Source of the DNA: an uncultured Gammaproteobacteria bacterium
GTDB taxonomy: Bacteria > Patescibacteriota > Microgenomatia > Levybacterales > UBA12049
Direction: 5' to 3'
Assembly (NCBI GenBank): GCA_964474445.1
Contig: CAYYSJ010000003.1
Span: 81,597-145,596, forward strand
Length of the DNA: 64,000 nucleotides
Part shown: piece by piece, positions 53,754-62,832 of the stretch
Layout of the letters: every line of letters begins with the position of its first letter
Position numbering within the stretch: the first letter of the stretch is position 1
The notes under the pieces: generated by a model
What the model saw: the letters and a program-made list of their open reading frames with translations, nothing else
Told to the model about the DNA's origin: nothing
Database searches by the model: none
Made by a program: the position numbers and the translations under genes

Positions 53754-54626
53754 CTATGCAGAATCTCTTCTGATAGGTTGAAAAGAGGAGAGTGTTTGAA
53801 AATACCTTTCTCGCAACTCTTCTAAAAATGCTTCAGAAAATCTATCAGATCGAATTAAAATATACCTAATCCATTTATCATCGTATGCTTCAGAAGAAGG
53901 TAGACCTTCAGAAGTCCATAAATGGTGTGTGGTGAGAATTGCCCGTACTGTTTTATCCCAAACCTGTTCTTGTATGATTTGTCCTAACGGAGGTTGAGCT
54001 TGATCATGAAGAAATTTTCCTGTTAAGAATTGATCATATAATTTTGGACGAATAAGAACGTTTGGATTACTCGTGCTTGGAATAAATCCTGGATAGGCAA
54101 TATCAAAATATTGGTCATCATGCTGCAGAGGTGCTAGTAAAACATTTTCTATCCTTCCGTCCAACGTTACAGAGGGGTAGGGTGTTAAATATTTATTTCG
54201 TTCGTTTTCTCCTCCTCTTCTTCTTACAATAGCAGGTTGATTTCCAGAAAATACTCTTAGTAAGTTTTCGGTTGTTGTAATATTTAACTCTATTGGAATT
54301 CCTCCCTGAATAGTTTTATATTTTAAAATGGTAATCTTCTCGCTAATAAGATCTACCAAATCTCTTTGTGGGGTTGTTATTGAGGTATATTGTAAGCCTA
54401 CTCGTTGTCCAATTAATGTTCCAAATTGTTCCATCGTGGCTTTATCTGCCACAATGAAGATATCTAAGTCGTTTGATAAATTTTTATCGTGATATAACGT
54501 AGAGCCATATTGAATAATAGATATGGGAAGCTTTCCTCTTTTTGCCCTCTCGGAAATGGTCGAAATGATACAATCAATAGTTGTTGCTCGGCTCTCTCGT
54601 GCAATTGTTTTTTGTAATAGTTCCAT
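53754..54626 (-). CDS. Pol-beta-superfamily nucleotidyltransferase (290 aa; minimal NTase motif GS...DhD); family not resolved (ANT-like / AbiEii-like possible)
   Basis: N-terminal IIQYGSTLYHDKNLSNDLDIFIVAD = hG[GS]-x9-13-DhDh nucleotidyltransferase signature. Confidence 0.55.
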   Translation of the reverse strand: MELLQKTIARESRATTIDCIISTISERAKRGKLPISIIQYGSTLYHDKNLSNDLDIFIVADKATMEQFGTLIGQRVGLQYTSITTPQRDLVDLISEKITILKYKTIQGGIPIELNITTTENLLRVFSGNQPAIVRRRGGENERNKYLTPYPSVTLDGRIENVLLAPLQHDDQYFDIAYPGFIPSTSNPNVLIRPKLYDQFLTGKFLHDQAQPPLGQIIQEQVWDKTVRAILTTHHLWTSEGLPSSEAYDDKWIRYILIRSDRFSEAFLEELRERYFQTLSSFQPIRRDSA

Positions 54627-54759
54627 TTGGTGTATGATTATATATTTTTTGTTGCTATAAGCAATATATATACAATATGAGGATATCGTTGCTTAACCAC
54701 CTACTGAGACTGTCCTAGAGAACTAATGAGTCTTATTAAGATGAATTCCTTTGTTATAG

Positions 54760-55203
54760 CTAGAAGTTTTTATATTTACTAGTTTGTAATAATCTATTAA
54801 TTTCCTCTTTAATTAATTGTATATCTTGTGATGTAAGTGGTTTAAAAGAGTCATAAAATCCTGTTGATCGTTGAGGAAGGTGCATTGCCTCTCCATATTT
54901 TTGTATTTTTGCAGACGTTGCTCTGCCGTAAAGGTGAATGTGAAGTATAGGCACCCAATTACCATTCTCTTGGTAATTTATCCTCATAACATCAATTCCT
55001 TGTTTATTTAGTGCAATCTTCATTGCTTCTCCTGTTACCATGGTCAATTTCATAAGTTCTTTAGCAAGTTCTGGTGTAAGTTTAGTCCTATCTTCTACTT
55101 TTTGTTTAGGCATAACACGTATATGTCCACCATCTTCACGATCTATATGAGGTTGATCAGCGGATTCAATAGAAAAACTAGGCGTTTCGTAGATGATAGC
55201 CAT
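54760..55203 (-). CDS. HIT-like fold protein with degenerate histidine triad (HIHLY)
   Basis: ...ETPSFSIESADQPHIDREDGGHIRVMPKQKV... and ...NWVPILHIHLYGR... align by eye to HIT family (third His replaced by Tyr). Confidence 0.4.
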   Translation of the reverse strand: MAIIYETPSFSIESADQPHIDREDGGHIRVMPKQKVEDRTKLTPELAKELMKLTMVTGEAMKIALNKQGIDVMRINYQENGNWVPILHIHLYGRATSAKIQKYGEAMHLPQRSTGFYDSFKPLTSQDIQLIKEEINRLLQTSKYKNF

Positions 55204-55513
55204 TCATATAGTGTAGCAGAGGTTTGATTCCTTTTGTAGTAAGTAGGTTTGATACAGAATGATACTCAAATTAGAAGGATAGTGTCCATAAAAAATTGGC
55301 AGTAACAAGAGGTAGTACATTCTGTAACGCCAAGCTAAACAAGTAAGCATTTTCTAACAAAGAATCCTTTGAAGCTCAGCTTAAAATACTTATCATTCAT
55401 TCTCAAGCTAAAGAGGGTGCAGTTAACAAATCAAAAAATAACGATTTTTGAGGCTATAGACAACTTTATAACTGTCGTTCTGTGAACACCGTGAATTAGA
55501 AGTTAAATATTTT

Positions 55514-55540
55514 GCAGGCCTTAAGTAACTTTGCTAAAAC
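55514..55540 (+). repeat. Dispersed intergenic repeat copy d: GCAGGCCTTAAGTAACTTTGCTAAAAC; a weaker partial copy (GCAGGACCTGACTTGTGCC) at 55628-55646
   Basis: Within 570-nt non-coding gap between HIT-like gene and vapC remnant. Confidence 0.55.
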
Positions 55541-55770
55541 TTATTTTTTCTCTTTATAAGAATAATTTTAAACTCCAAATTCTAGTTGTGAGCAAAATTT
55601 TGTTACTTTCTTATCGCGATATATAGTGCAGGACCTGACTTGTGCCATTTGTGTATTAATTGTTTACAAAAAGCGTATATGTTACTATTCTTTTGAGAAA
55701 AGGTATCACATAAAATGCAGGAAAGTACTGGGATAAAACAATTTCAGCAGATTTCCTTCCAAATTAAGAG

Positions 55771-56189
55771 CTAGTATTCTATAAGAGATTTAACAGCAAT
55801 ATCTGTTGCTTTACCTTGATGTTTTACATTATCTGTTAGTAGGATTGTATTGTATTGTTTTGCTAATGACATAAACGTCGCATCATAGTAGGTAATTCCA
55901 TGATTGAAAGCTATAGTATATGTTTCTCTTGATGATTCTTCTGACTCCTCAATAAAAATGATAGGTAAAGAATAAACAGTTCCTAAGGATATATATGCTT
56001 CGTTGGAGTCAACTGTTTTCCTTTTAAAAGAACATTACCAAGTTCATATTTGGCAAGTTCTGGAGCAATAAGCTCAGCTTGTCCATTTTTAACTTCTTCT
56101 AAAATTTTATCTGCTTTTTCTGTATCATTTTCCTTGTATGTATTTACTCATTTGACTATAACTGAAGTATCAAAAATGAGAGTTTTCAT
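55771..56189 (-). pseudogene. vapC: Decayed PIN-domain (VapC-like) toxin gene: intact start MKTLIFDTSVIVK then TGA, with at least two further frameshifts/stops; C-terminal PIN motif recoverable in another frame (...AFNHGITYYDATFMSLAKQYNTILLTDN...)
   Basis: Hand translation of minus strand; ATG 56189-56187 lies 3 nt after the antitoxin stop; premature stop at 56150-56148. Confidence 0.6.
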
Positions 56190-56192
56190 TTT

Positions 56193-56450
56193 TTAGTGGG
56201 AATTTCTATCTTGATCTAGAAATTCCACTGTACTTTGATTTCCTTTGCCCCTAATAGCTCGTGCTTTTCGTATATTGTCCCAAATTTTATCCCAATTTAC
56301 ATATTGTTGGTGGGGTTTAATCACAATCTCATCAGGCTTAACTACAGAAATCGTAACAGCTGACATAGGGTTTACCCAGCCAATAACTCTACGAATAGAA
56401 TCAGGAATAGTTAACTGTCCTCGGTCTCGAATAATGCTAACTGTTTTCAC
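56193..56450 (-). CDS. vapB: AbrB/MazE/SpoVT-family antitoxin-like protein (VapB-like), intact
   Basis: N-terminal swapped-hairpin motif SIIRDRGQLTIPDSIRRVIGW; 85 aa; immediately upstream of PIN remnant. Confidence 0.65.
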   Translation of the reverse strand: MKTVSIIRDRGQLTIPDSIRRVIGWVNPMSAVTISVVKPDEIVIKPHQQYVNWDKIWDNIRKARAIRGKGNQSTVEFLDQDRNSH

Positions 56451-56637
56451 ATATTCAGATTATCAGAAAATCTGATTTGTGCCAAGAAGTACAATAAGAA
56501 GGTGCGAATCGAACACTTTTTGAAACTAGATCTTAAGAGGATGAGCAAATACGTAAAAGAGGTAATTTAATAAATTTTACGTTTATCCCTATTTATCAAC
56601 CCATTCGAAGATTTGAAATACAGGGTGTCGGGTTCAG

Positions 56638-56722
56638 TGCCGAGAGAGGGAGTCGAACCCTCACGAGGAATTACCCTCAAAGGTTTTTGAGACCTTCGTG
56701 TCTGCCATTCCACCACCTCGGC
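56638..56722 (-). tRNA. tRNA-Leu (anticodon CAA), type II with long variable arm, CCA not encoded
   Basis: Minus-strand GCCGAGG-TG-GTG...CAC-G-AAGGT-CUCAAAA-ACCUU-[GAGGGUAAUUCCUC]-G-GAGGG-UUCGACU-CCCUC-UCUCGGC-A; acceptor 7 bp incl. one G-U; T-loop UUCGA. Confidence 0.85.
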
Positions 56723-56845
56723 AAATAGAAGCAAAAATCAAGCGTCAAAGATTATTGTTTCTATGCTTTTGCATTTTGACTCTCGAATTTTGATTTCTCA
56801 TATTATATACTTTCTTCTACACTCGTTTCAATTGATGCTTTTTCT

Positions 56846-59392
56846 ATGACAGAAAGACTTTTTCCAACAATTACTCCAACACATTACAGTATTTCTCTTG
56901 CTCCTGATTTAGAAAAGTTTGTTTTTGAGGGAGAAGAGACTATCACGTTTACAACAAAAGAGGTTTCCTCAAGATTACTATTTCATGCGTATGAATTACA
57001 GGTTAACAAAGCAACATTTATTGTTGAGAATACTCGTTATACACCAAAAGAAATAACCTATGATAGTACAGAAAAAACAGTCACCTTTGTTTTTCCGGAA
57101 GATCTTCCTGCAGGAGAAAAAACAGTAGTGCTGTCATTTACTGGTGTTTTGAGTGAAAAGGCAAAGGGATTCTATCGTAGTCGATATGATGTAAATGGTC
57201 AAACAAAATACATGGCTGTTACCCAATTCGAAGAAATTGGTGCAAGACAAGCATTTGTTTGTATTGACGACCCTGCAGCAAAGGCTATTTTTGACATATC
57301 TCTTATTGTTGATAAGAAATTAACAGCTGTTTCTAATACGAAAGAGGCTGCTGAAGACATATTAGCTGATGGACGTAAAAAAGTAACATTTGCACCAACT
57401 CCTACAATGTCCACCTATATCCTTGCTTTTATTGTCGGGGAATTAGAATATGAAGAGGCAGTGTCAGAAGGGATACGCGTTCGAGCATACACCACAGAAG
57501 GGAAAAAAGAACTGACACGATTTGCGTTGGATGTTGCAACAAAAGCATTAGCATTTTTTAATGATTATTTTGCAATTGATTATCCACTGACCAAATTAGA
57601 TCTGCTAGCGATTCCTGATTTTGACGCAGGAGCGATGGAGAATTGGGGAGCGGTGACATTTCGAGAATCTATTCTTCTTATTGATGAAAAAAAATCATCT
57701 TCTGCCAACAAACAGTGGGGGTCACTCGTTGTTGCTCATGAATTAGCGCATATGTGGTTTGGTAATTTGGTTACGATGGAGTGGTGGACAGATATATGGC
57801 TCAATGAAGGCTTTGCTGTTTTCATTGAATATATGTCGATCAACAAGCTCTTTCCCCAGTGGGATATTTGGAAACAATTCTCTCTTGTTGAACACAATGG
57901 AGCGCTCAAATTAGATAGTCTTAAATTTACCCATCCTATTGAAGTCCCTATTGATTCAGACCAAAAGGTGAAAGAAATCTTTGATGAAATAAGCTACGCG
58001 AAAGGAGCGAATGTTATTTATATGTTAGCTTCTTATCTAGGAGAAGAAGTATTTCGTGATGGACTCCGTTACTATTTAAAAAAATATGCATATCAAAATG
58101 CCAAGACGCAAGATCTATGGAAAGCTTTAGAAGAAGTTTCTAAGCAGCCTGTTGGTAAAATCATGAGGGATTGGACACAGAAACCAGGGTATCCAGTTCT
58201 TCATGTTGCAGAAAAAGCTGGACAAGTCTCTCTTCATCAGTCACGGTTTTTTGCAAATCCATCCTCACAAACAACTGAAAAGACAATCTGGAATCTTCCC
58301 ATGAGAGTTCTTTCAGCGAACAAGCACGAAGGAGATCCAGTACTCATGGAAGAAGAAGACACATCACTTCCTGCAAACAATGATTGGATAAAATTGAATG
58401 CAGGAGAAACTGCACTTGTGCGCTCCCTCTATTCACAGGATTTGTACCAAAGATTAGGAGAGCCAATTCAGACAAAGAAACTCTCTGCTGTTGATAGAAT
58501 GGGTCTTATTCGAGATGCGTTTGATAGTGCAGAAGCAGGACTTCTCCCTTCAAGTCATGCTTTGCAACTGCTTGAGTATTACAAGCAGGAAAACGATTAT
58601 ATTGTCTGGAGTACTCTTGCTGGTCAGTTAGGTTCTTTGGAAAATATTATTGTCCACGTCCATGGGTTGGAAGACAGATTTATTGTCTATGCACGAGAAA
58701 TCTTTACTCCTATTGCAGAAAAAATGGGTTGGGAGAAAAAAGACGGGGAGTCTCATACTGATATTTTACTTCGAAGTATGGCTCTTGGTGCTGCAGGGAA
58801 ATATGGTAACGAAGAAGTTATTGCAAAAGCACGCACTCTTTTTACTGACTTTGTTGAGAATGGAAAAGAGATTGATTCTGATATTCGAGGTGTTGTCATT
58901 GCTCTTGTTGGAGAGCATGGTGGGAAGAAAGAGTGGGAGACTCTGGTAGGGTTATATGAAAAAGAGTCGTTGCAGCAAGAAAAAAATAGGTACATGCTTG
59001 GTCTCACACAATTTAGAAAACCAGAACTTATCCAAAAGACGCTTGAGTATCTCCTCACCGACAATGTGCGCTGGCAAGATAAATCACGATGGGTGATGAC
59101 AGTCTTTGGTAATCAAAAGGGACAACAGTTGGCATGGGAATTTGTAAAAAAACATTGGGATATGTTTGAAAAGGCATATAAAGGACTACATGGATTTAGT
59201 CGGCTAATTGAAGGAGCAGGGGATATGGTCGGGAAAGAACAGCTAGCGGATGTAATGGAGTTTTTTGCGAAACATCCTGTTGAAGAGGTTGAGAGAACAA
59301 TGAGTCAGGTTGTGGAAAGAATCGAGCTGAATACTGCATGGCTTGAAAGAGATAGGGAAAAACTCACACAGTTTTTTGAGAGTAATCAGTAG
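56846..59392 (+). CDS. pepN: Aminopeptidase N (M1 family zinc metallopeptidase)
   Basis: GAMEN motif, HELAHMWFGNLVTMEWW...LNEGFA (HExxH-x18-E), C-terminal ERAP1-like domain; 848 aa. Confidence 0.9.
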   Translation: MTERLFPTITPTHYSISLAPDLEKFVFEGEETITFTTKEVSSRLLFHAYELQVNKATFIVENTRYTPKEITYDSTEKTVTFVFPEDLPAGEKTVVLSFTGVLSEKAKGFYRSRYDVNGQTKYMAVTQFEEIGARQAFVCIDDPAAKAIFDISLIVDKKLTAVSNTKEAAEDILADGRKKVTFAPTPTMSTYILAFIVGELEYEEAVSEGIRVRAYTTEGKKELTRFALDVATKALAFFNDYFAIDYPLTKLDLLAIPDFDAGAMENWGAVTFRESILLIDEKKSSSANKQWGSLVVAHELAHMWFGNLVTMEWWTDIWLNEGFAVFIEYMSINKLFPQWDIWKQFSLVEHNGALKLDSLKFTHPIEVPIDSDQKVKEIFDEISYAKGANVIYMLASYLGEEVFRDGLRYYLKKYAYQNAKTQDLWKALEEVSKQPVGKIMRDWTQKPGYPVLHVAEKAGQVSLHQSRFFANPSSQTTEKTIWNLPMRVLSANKHEGDPVLMEEEDTSLPANNDWIKLNAGETALVRSLYSQDLYQRLGEPIQTKKLSAVDRMGLIRDAFDSAEAGLLPSSHALQLLEYYKQENDYIVWSTLAGQLGSLENIIVHVHGLEDRFIVYAREIFTPIAEKMGWEKKDGESHTDILLRSMALGAAGKYGNEEVIAKARTLFTDFVENGKEIDSDIRGVVIALVGEHGGKKEWETLVGLYEKESLQQEKNRYMLGLTQFRKPELIQKTLEYLLTDNVRWQDKSRWVMTVFGNQKGQQLAWEFVKKHWDMFEKAYKGLHGFSRLIEGAGDMVGKEQLADVMEFFAKHPVEEVERTMSQVVERIELNTAWLERDREKLTQFFESNQ

Positions 59393-59486
59393 TTTACAGG
59401 ACATTTTCTCTTTGTCACTTTTGAGGCTTTTGTGACTCATCCTATTTTATTTTTCCAAAAGAAATAGTATAATAGATCATACTTTT

Positions 59487-60041
59487 ATGATTTCAGTAAA
59501 CGAATTACGGGCTGGTGTTATTTATGAAGACCAAGGGAATCTTCTTCAGGTCCTTTCTTTCGAACATATTAAGATGGGACGAGGAAGTGCAACCATTAAA
59601 GTGAAAGTAAAAAATCTCAGAAGTGGCTCTATCTCTGAAAAGTCTTTTGTTAACAACCAAAAAGTCCAAGACGTTCAAGTCTTAAAGAAAGAAATGCAAT
59701 ATCTCTATCAAGATGAGGAGAGTGTCTATTTCATGAATCCACAAGATTTTGAACAGGTTGCTATCCCATTAAAAATTGTTGGAGAAGCGCAATTTTTGAA
59801 AGAAGGGGAGTCATATCCAATTGCCTTTCATGGTGAAGAAGCACTTTCTATCCAACTTCCTCCAAAGGTAGAATTAAAAGTAACCGAAACAGCACCTGGA
59901 GTAAAGGGAAATTCAGCATCAAATGTTTTCAAAGATGCGATCATGGAAAATGGTATGACGGTAAAAGTACCACTTTTTATCGATGTAGGAGATAAAATCC
60001 GCGTTGATACCCGAACAGGTGAGTATACAGAGCGCGCCTAA
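59487..60041 (+). CDS. efp: Elongation factor P (Arg-type loop KMGRGSA instead of KPGKG)
   Basis: Three OB/KOW domains; ...FEHIKMGRGSATIKVKVKNL...; C-terminal ...VKVPLFIDVGDKIRVDTRTGEYTERA. Confidence 0.85.
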   Translation: MISVNELRAGVIYEDQGNLLQVLSFEHIKMGRGSATIKVKVKNLRSGSISEKSFVNNQKVQDVQVLKKEMQYLYQDEESVYFMNPQDFEQVAIPLKIVGEAQFLKEGESYPIAFHGEEALSIQLPPKVELKVTETAPGVKGNSASNVFKDAIMENGMTVKVPLFIDVGDKIRVDTRTGEYTERA

Positions 60042-60130
60042 TAGAGTGAAAAGGAGAGTAAGTGAGATATTGGGTGCAAGAAAGGAACATCACGTAATAT
60101 CTTATTCTCTTACGACCTGAGTATCTCACT

Positions 60131-61390
60131 ATGAACAACAATCTTCTGCTTGCCCTGCAAAACCGTCCATTTCTATTTCTTTGGCTCGCTGAGGTTCTCT
60201 CTCAAGTTGCTTCAAACATGACCAATTTTATTCTTCTGTTGGTCGTATTTTCCTTAACGCATTCAAATACTGCAGTTTCGGGTATTATGCTTGCATTCTT
60301 ACTTCCAGCTATTCTGCTTGGTATTATTGCTGGAGTGTATGTTGATAGAAAAGATAAAAAGCATGTTCTTACTGTTACCAATGTGGTAAGAGGAATCATC
60401 TTACTGCTTCTTGCAACATTGCACTCAAATGTTTTAGGAGTGTATATCCTCACCTTTGTTGTTGCTGCAGCAACACAATTTTTTATTCCTGCAGAGACGC
60501 CGATGATTCCACTTTTGGTTGAGAAACATTTGCTTCTTTCTGCAAATGCACTGTTTGGTCTTGCATTTTATGGATCGTTACTGATTGCTTATGCTTTATC
60601 AGGGCCATTCCTTATCTATTTTGGGCCACAACGTGCATTCGTCGTCCTTGCTGGTATGTTTTTTGTCGGAGCACTCTTTGCAAGCCTTATTAGGAGGTCT
60701 TCTGTAGTCAAGAAAAAATCAAAGGAAGGGACAAATCTTACCTTTGCCTCAGAGATCAAAATGGCTCTTTCTCTTATTTTCACTATCCGGAATATTTATC
60801 ATTCTTTCTTAATGCTTGCACTTTCTCAGATTCTTGTGCTGGTAATTGCAGTGTTGGGACCAGGATTTGCAACGAGCATTCTCCATATTCCCGTCAATAC
60901 CTTTCCATTGCTTTTTGTAACCCCAGCAGCAATAGGCATGGGGGTTGGCGCATTTATTATTATCAATTTTTTCCAGCATCGCAATCGTGCAAAGGTCACC
61001 AATTTAGGACTTTTGACAACTGCCATAACATTATTCCTTCTCACCTTTATTAACAATATTACTCACGCACATATTGTTGAGAGTATCAATAGATTCCTTC
61101 CAACACTTTTGCAGATTAATTTACTGCATACAATGGTAGCTCTTGCATTTTTATCGGGGGTTGCAAACGCATTGATCTTTGTGCCTTCGAACACACTTAT
61201 TCAAGAAGAAACATCAGACGAAGTGCGGGGGAAAATTTATGGAGCATTAAATGCGATGATTGCTTTATTATCACTGGTGCCAATTATTGCAGTTGGGTCA
61301 CTAGCTGATATATTTGGTATAGGGGTGGTTTTACTCATTATTGCAATTAGTGTTATTATTATTGGCGTTGCCAGGTTATTTATTTCATAG
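60131..61390 (+). CDS. MFS transporter (12 TM)
   Basis: 419 aa; motif A-like GVYVDRKDKKHVL between TM2-3. Confidence 0.75.
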   Translation: MNNNLLLALQNRPFLFLWLAEVLSQVASNMTNFILLLVVFSLTHSNTAVSGIMLAFLLPAILLGIIAGVYVDRKDKKHVLTVTNVVRGIILLLLATLHSNVLGVYILTFVVAAATQFFIPAETPMIPLLVEKHLLLSANALFGLAFYGSLLIAYALSGPFLIYFGPQRAFVVLAGMFFVGALFASLIRRSSVVKKKSKEGTNLTFASEIKMALSLIFTIRNIYHSFLMLALSQILVLVIAVLGPGFATSILHIPVNTFPLLFVTPAAIGMGVGAFIIINFFQHRNRAKVTNLGLLTTAITLFLLTFINNITHAHIVESINRFLPTLLQINLLHTMVALAFLSGVANALIFVPSNTLIQEETSDEVRGKIYGALNAMIALLSLVPIIAVGSLADIFGIGVVLLIIAISVIIIGVARLFIS

Positions 61391-61392
61391 CT

Positions 61393-62067
61393 ATGATTGT
61401 TCTTGTTGGTTTTATTGTATTTCTTCTGAGCTTGTATTTGTTTACTCGTGAGGATTTTGTCTTTGTTCGGAAGAATGTCAGTATTGAGGATATTTTTGAT
61501 ACGGCATTTCTGACTGCTCTTGTTGCGCTGTTTTTTGCACGAAGTATTTTTGTAGCACTTCACTTTAAAACAACGTATCTGAATCCACTCGTCTTTTTTC
61601 TTATCCCATATTTCCCAGGCCTTGATATCAGTGGAACAATTTTTGGCGGATTTTTCTTTTTGCTCTGGGTTGCTCGCAGGAAAAAAATTCCGCTAGGACA
61701 TATTGTTGATGTGTTTTCTGTAAGTTTTTTGTACGCCTTCTCAACCACATTGCTTGGATATAGCATTATGTCTTTTGTTCATCGTCAATTATTAGCTGGG
61801 ATCGTGAATGGAGTATGGGGAATTATCTCACTTGCACTTGCTATTCTTTTTGGATCAATTCTCATGAAGTCCATGTGGAAAGATTGGAGTATGACTGCTG
61901 TTGTGGTAGCCGTACTTTCCATTGTTCTCCTTATTATTCGAAGCGTTCTGATGTTTTTTCAAAAGCCATTTATGCTGGATAAAGAGCTTGTTATTATCTT
62001 CTTACTGCTTGTTGGGGCAGGAGTGTTAGGGATAGGGAGAAAATTCATCCAGAGGAGTATGCTCTAA
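61393..62067 (+). CDS. Polytopic membrane protein (224 aa), function unknown
   Basis: 6-7 hydrophobic segments; adjacent upstream of rluA-family gene (1-nt gap). Confidence 0.45.
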   Translation: MIVLVGFIVFLLSLYLFTREDFVFVRKNVSIEDIFDTAFLTALVALFFARSIFVALHFKTTYLNPLVFFLIPYFPGLDISGTIFGGFFFLLWVARRKKIPLGHIVDVFSVSFLYAFSTTLLGYSIMSFVHRQLLAGIVNGVWGIISLALAILFGSILMKSMWKDWSMTAVVVAVLSIVLLIIRSVLMFFQKPFMLDKELVIIFLLLVGAGVLGIGRKFIQRSML

Positions 62068-62832
62068 ATGCAATTTCAAGAGCCATCAATTATCTATGAA
62101 GATACTGATCTGCTTGTTGTGAATAAGCCTGCTGGTCTTATTGTGAACAGATCTGATACAACAACGCATGAGGGAACATTGCAAGACTTTGTTGAAAAAT
62201 ACCTTCATCTTCCACAAAATCCCTATATAAAAAAACAAACAACTGAAGGAGCATATCCAACAGTAGAAGAAGTGTTTCATGATCGCTCAGGTATTGTTCA
62301 TAGACTTGATAAAGAAACTTCAGGCATTATTTTGGTCGCAAAAAATCCACAGACATTTTCAGAGCTTCAGAGGCAGTTTAAAGAGCGTTTAGTACACAAA
62401 ACCTATCAAGCACTCGCTCATGGTAAAATCGCGCCTTCTGAAGGAGAAATCAATGTGCCTGTTGGAAGGCTTGAATATAATAGGATGCGCTTTGGAGTGG
62501 TAGCAGGAGGTAGGGAGTCAGTAACTCATTACAAAGTTTTGCATACATATATAGATCCAAAGACAAAAGAGCCCTTAACACTTGTAGAGTTGTATCCTAA
62601 AACAGGCAGAACTCATCAAATTCGTGTTCATTTAAAGTATTTGAATAGACCAATTTTTGGAGATGAGTTATATGCTGGGCGTAAAACTGCAAGAGCAGAT
62701 AGAAAAATACTAGAAAGAGTTTTTTTGCACGCAGCAGCAATTACCTTTTTGCACCCAACAACGCACAAAGAAATGCATTTTGAAGCCCCACTGCCAGAAG
62801 AGCTAGAAGATGTCTTAGAGAGATTTAGCTAA
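62068..62832 (+). CDS. RluA-family pseudouridine synthase
   Basis: Catalytic motif HRLDKETSGIILVAKN; ...THQIRVHL... Confidence 0.9.
   Translation: MQFQEPSIIYEDTDLLVVNKPAGLIVNRSDTTTHEGTLQDFVEKYLHLPQNPYIKKQTTEGAYPTVEEVFHDRSGIVHRLDKETSGIILVAKNPQTFSELQRQFKERLVHKTYQALAHGKIAPSEGEINVPVGRLEYNRMRFGVVAGGRESVTHYKVLHTYIDPKTKEPLTLVELYPKTGRTHQIRVHLKYLNRPIFGDELYAGRKTARADRKILERVFLHAAAITFLHPTTHKEMHFEAPLPEELEDVLERFS

Noticed and set aside
52223-55540. Integron attC sites / gene cassettes as explanation for the dispersed 27-nt repeats
   Set aside because: The repeats lack the GTTRRRY core and inverse-core symmetry of attC sites. The flanked genes are in mixed orientations, and no intI gene is present.
61393-62067. 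Calling the 224-aa membrane protein upstream of the rluA-family gene as prolipoprotein diacylglyceryl transferase (Lgt)
   Set aside because: It is a polytopic membrane protein of roughly the right size class, but the Lgt signature residues could not be recognised by eye. It is left as hypothetical.
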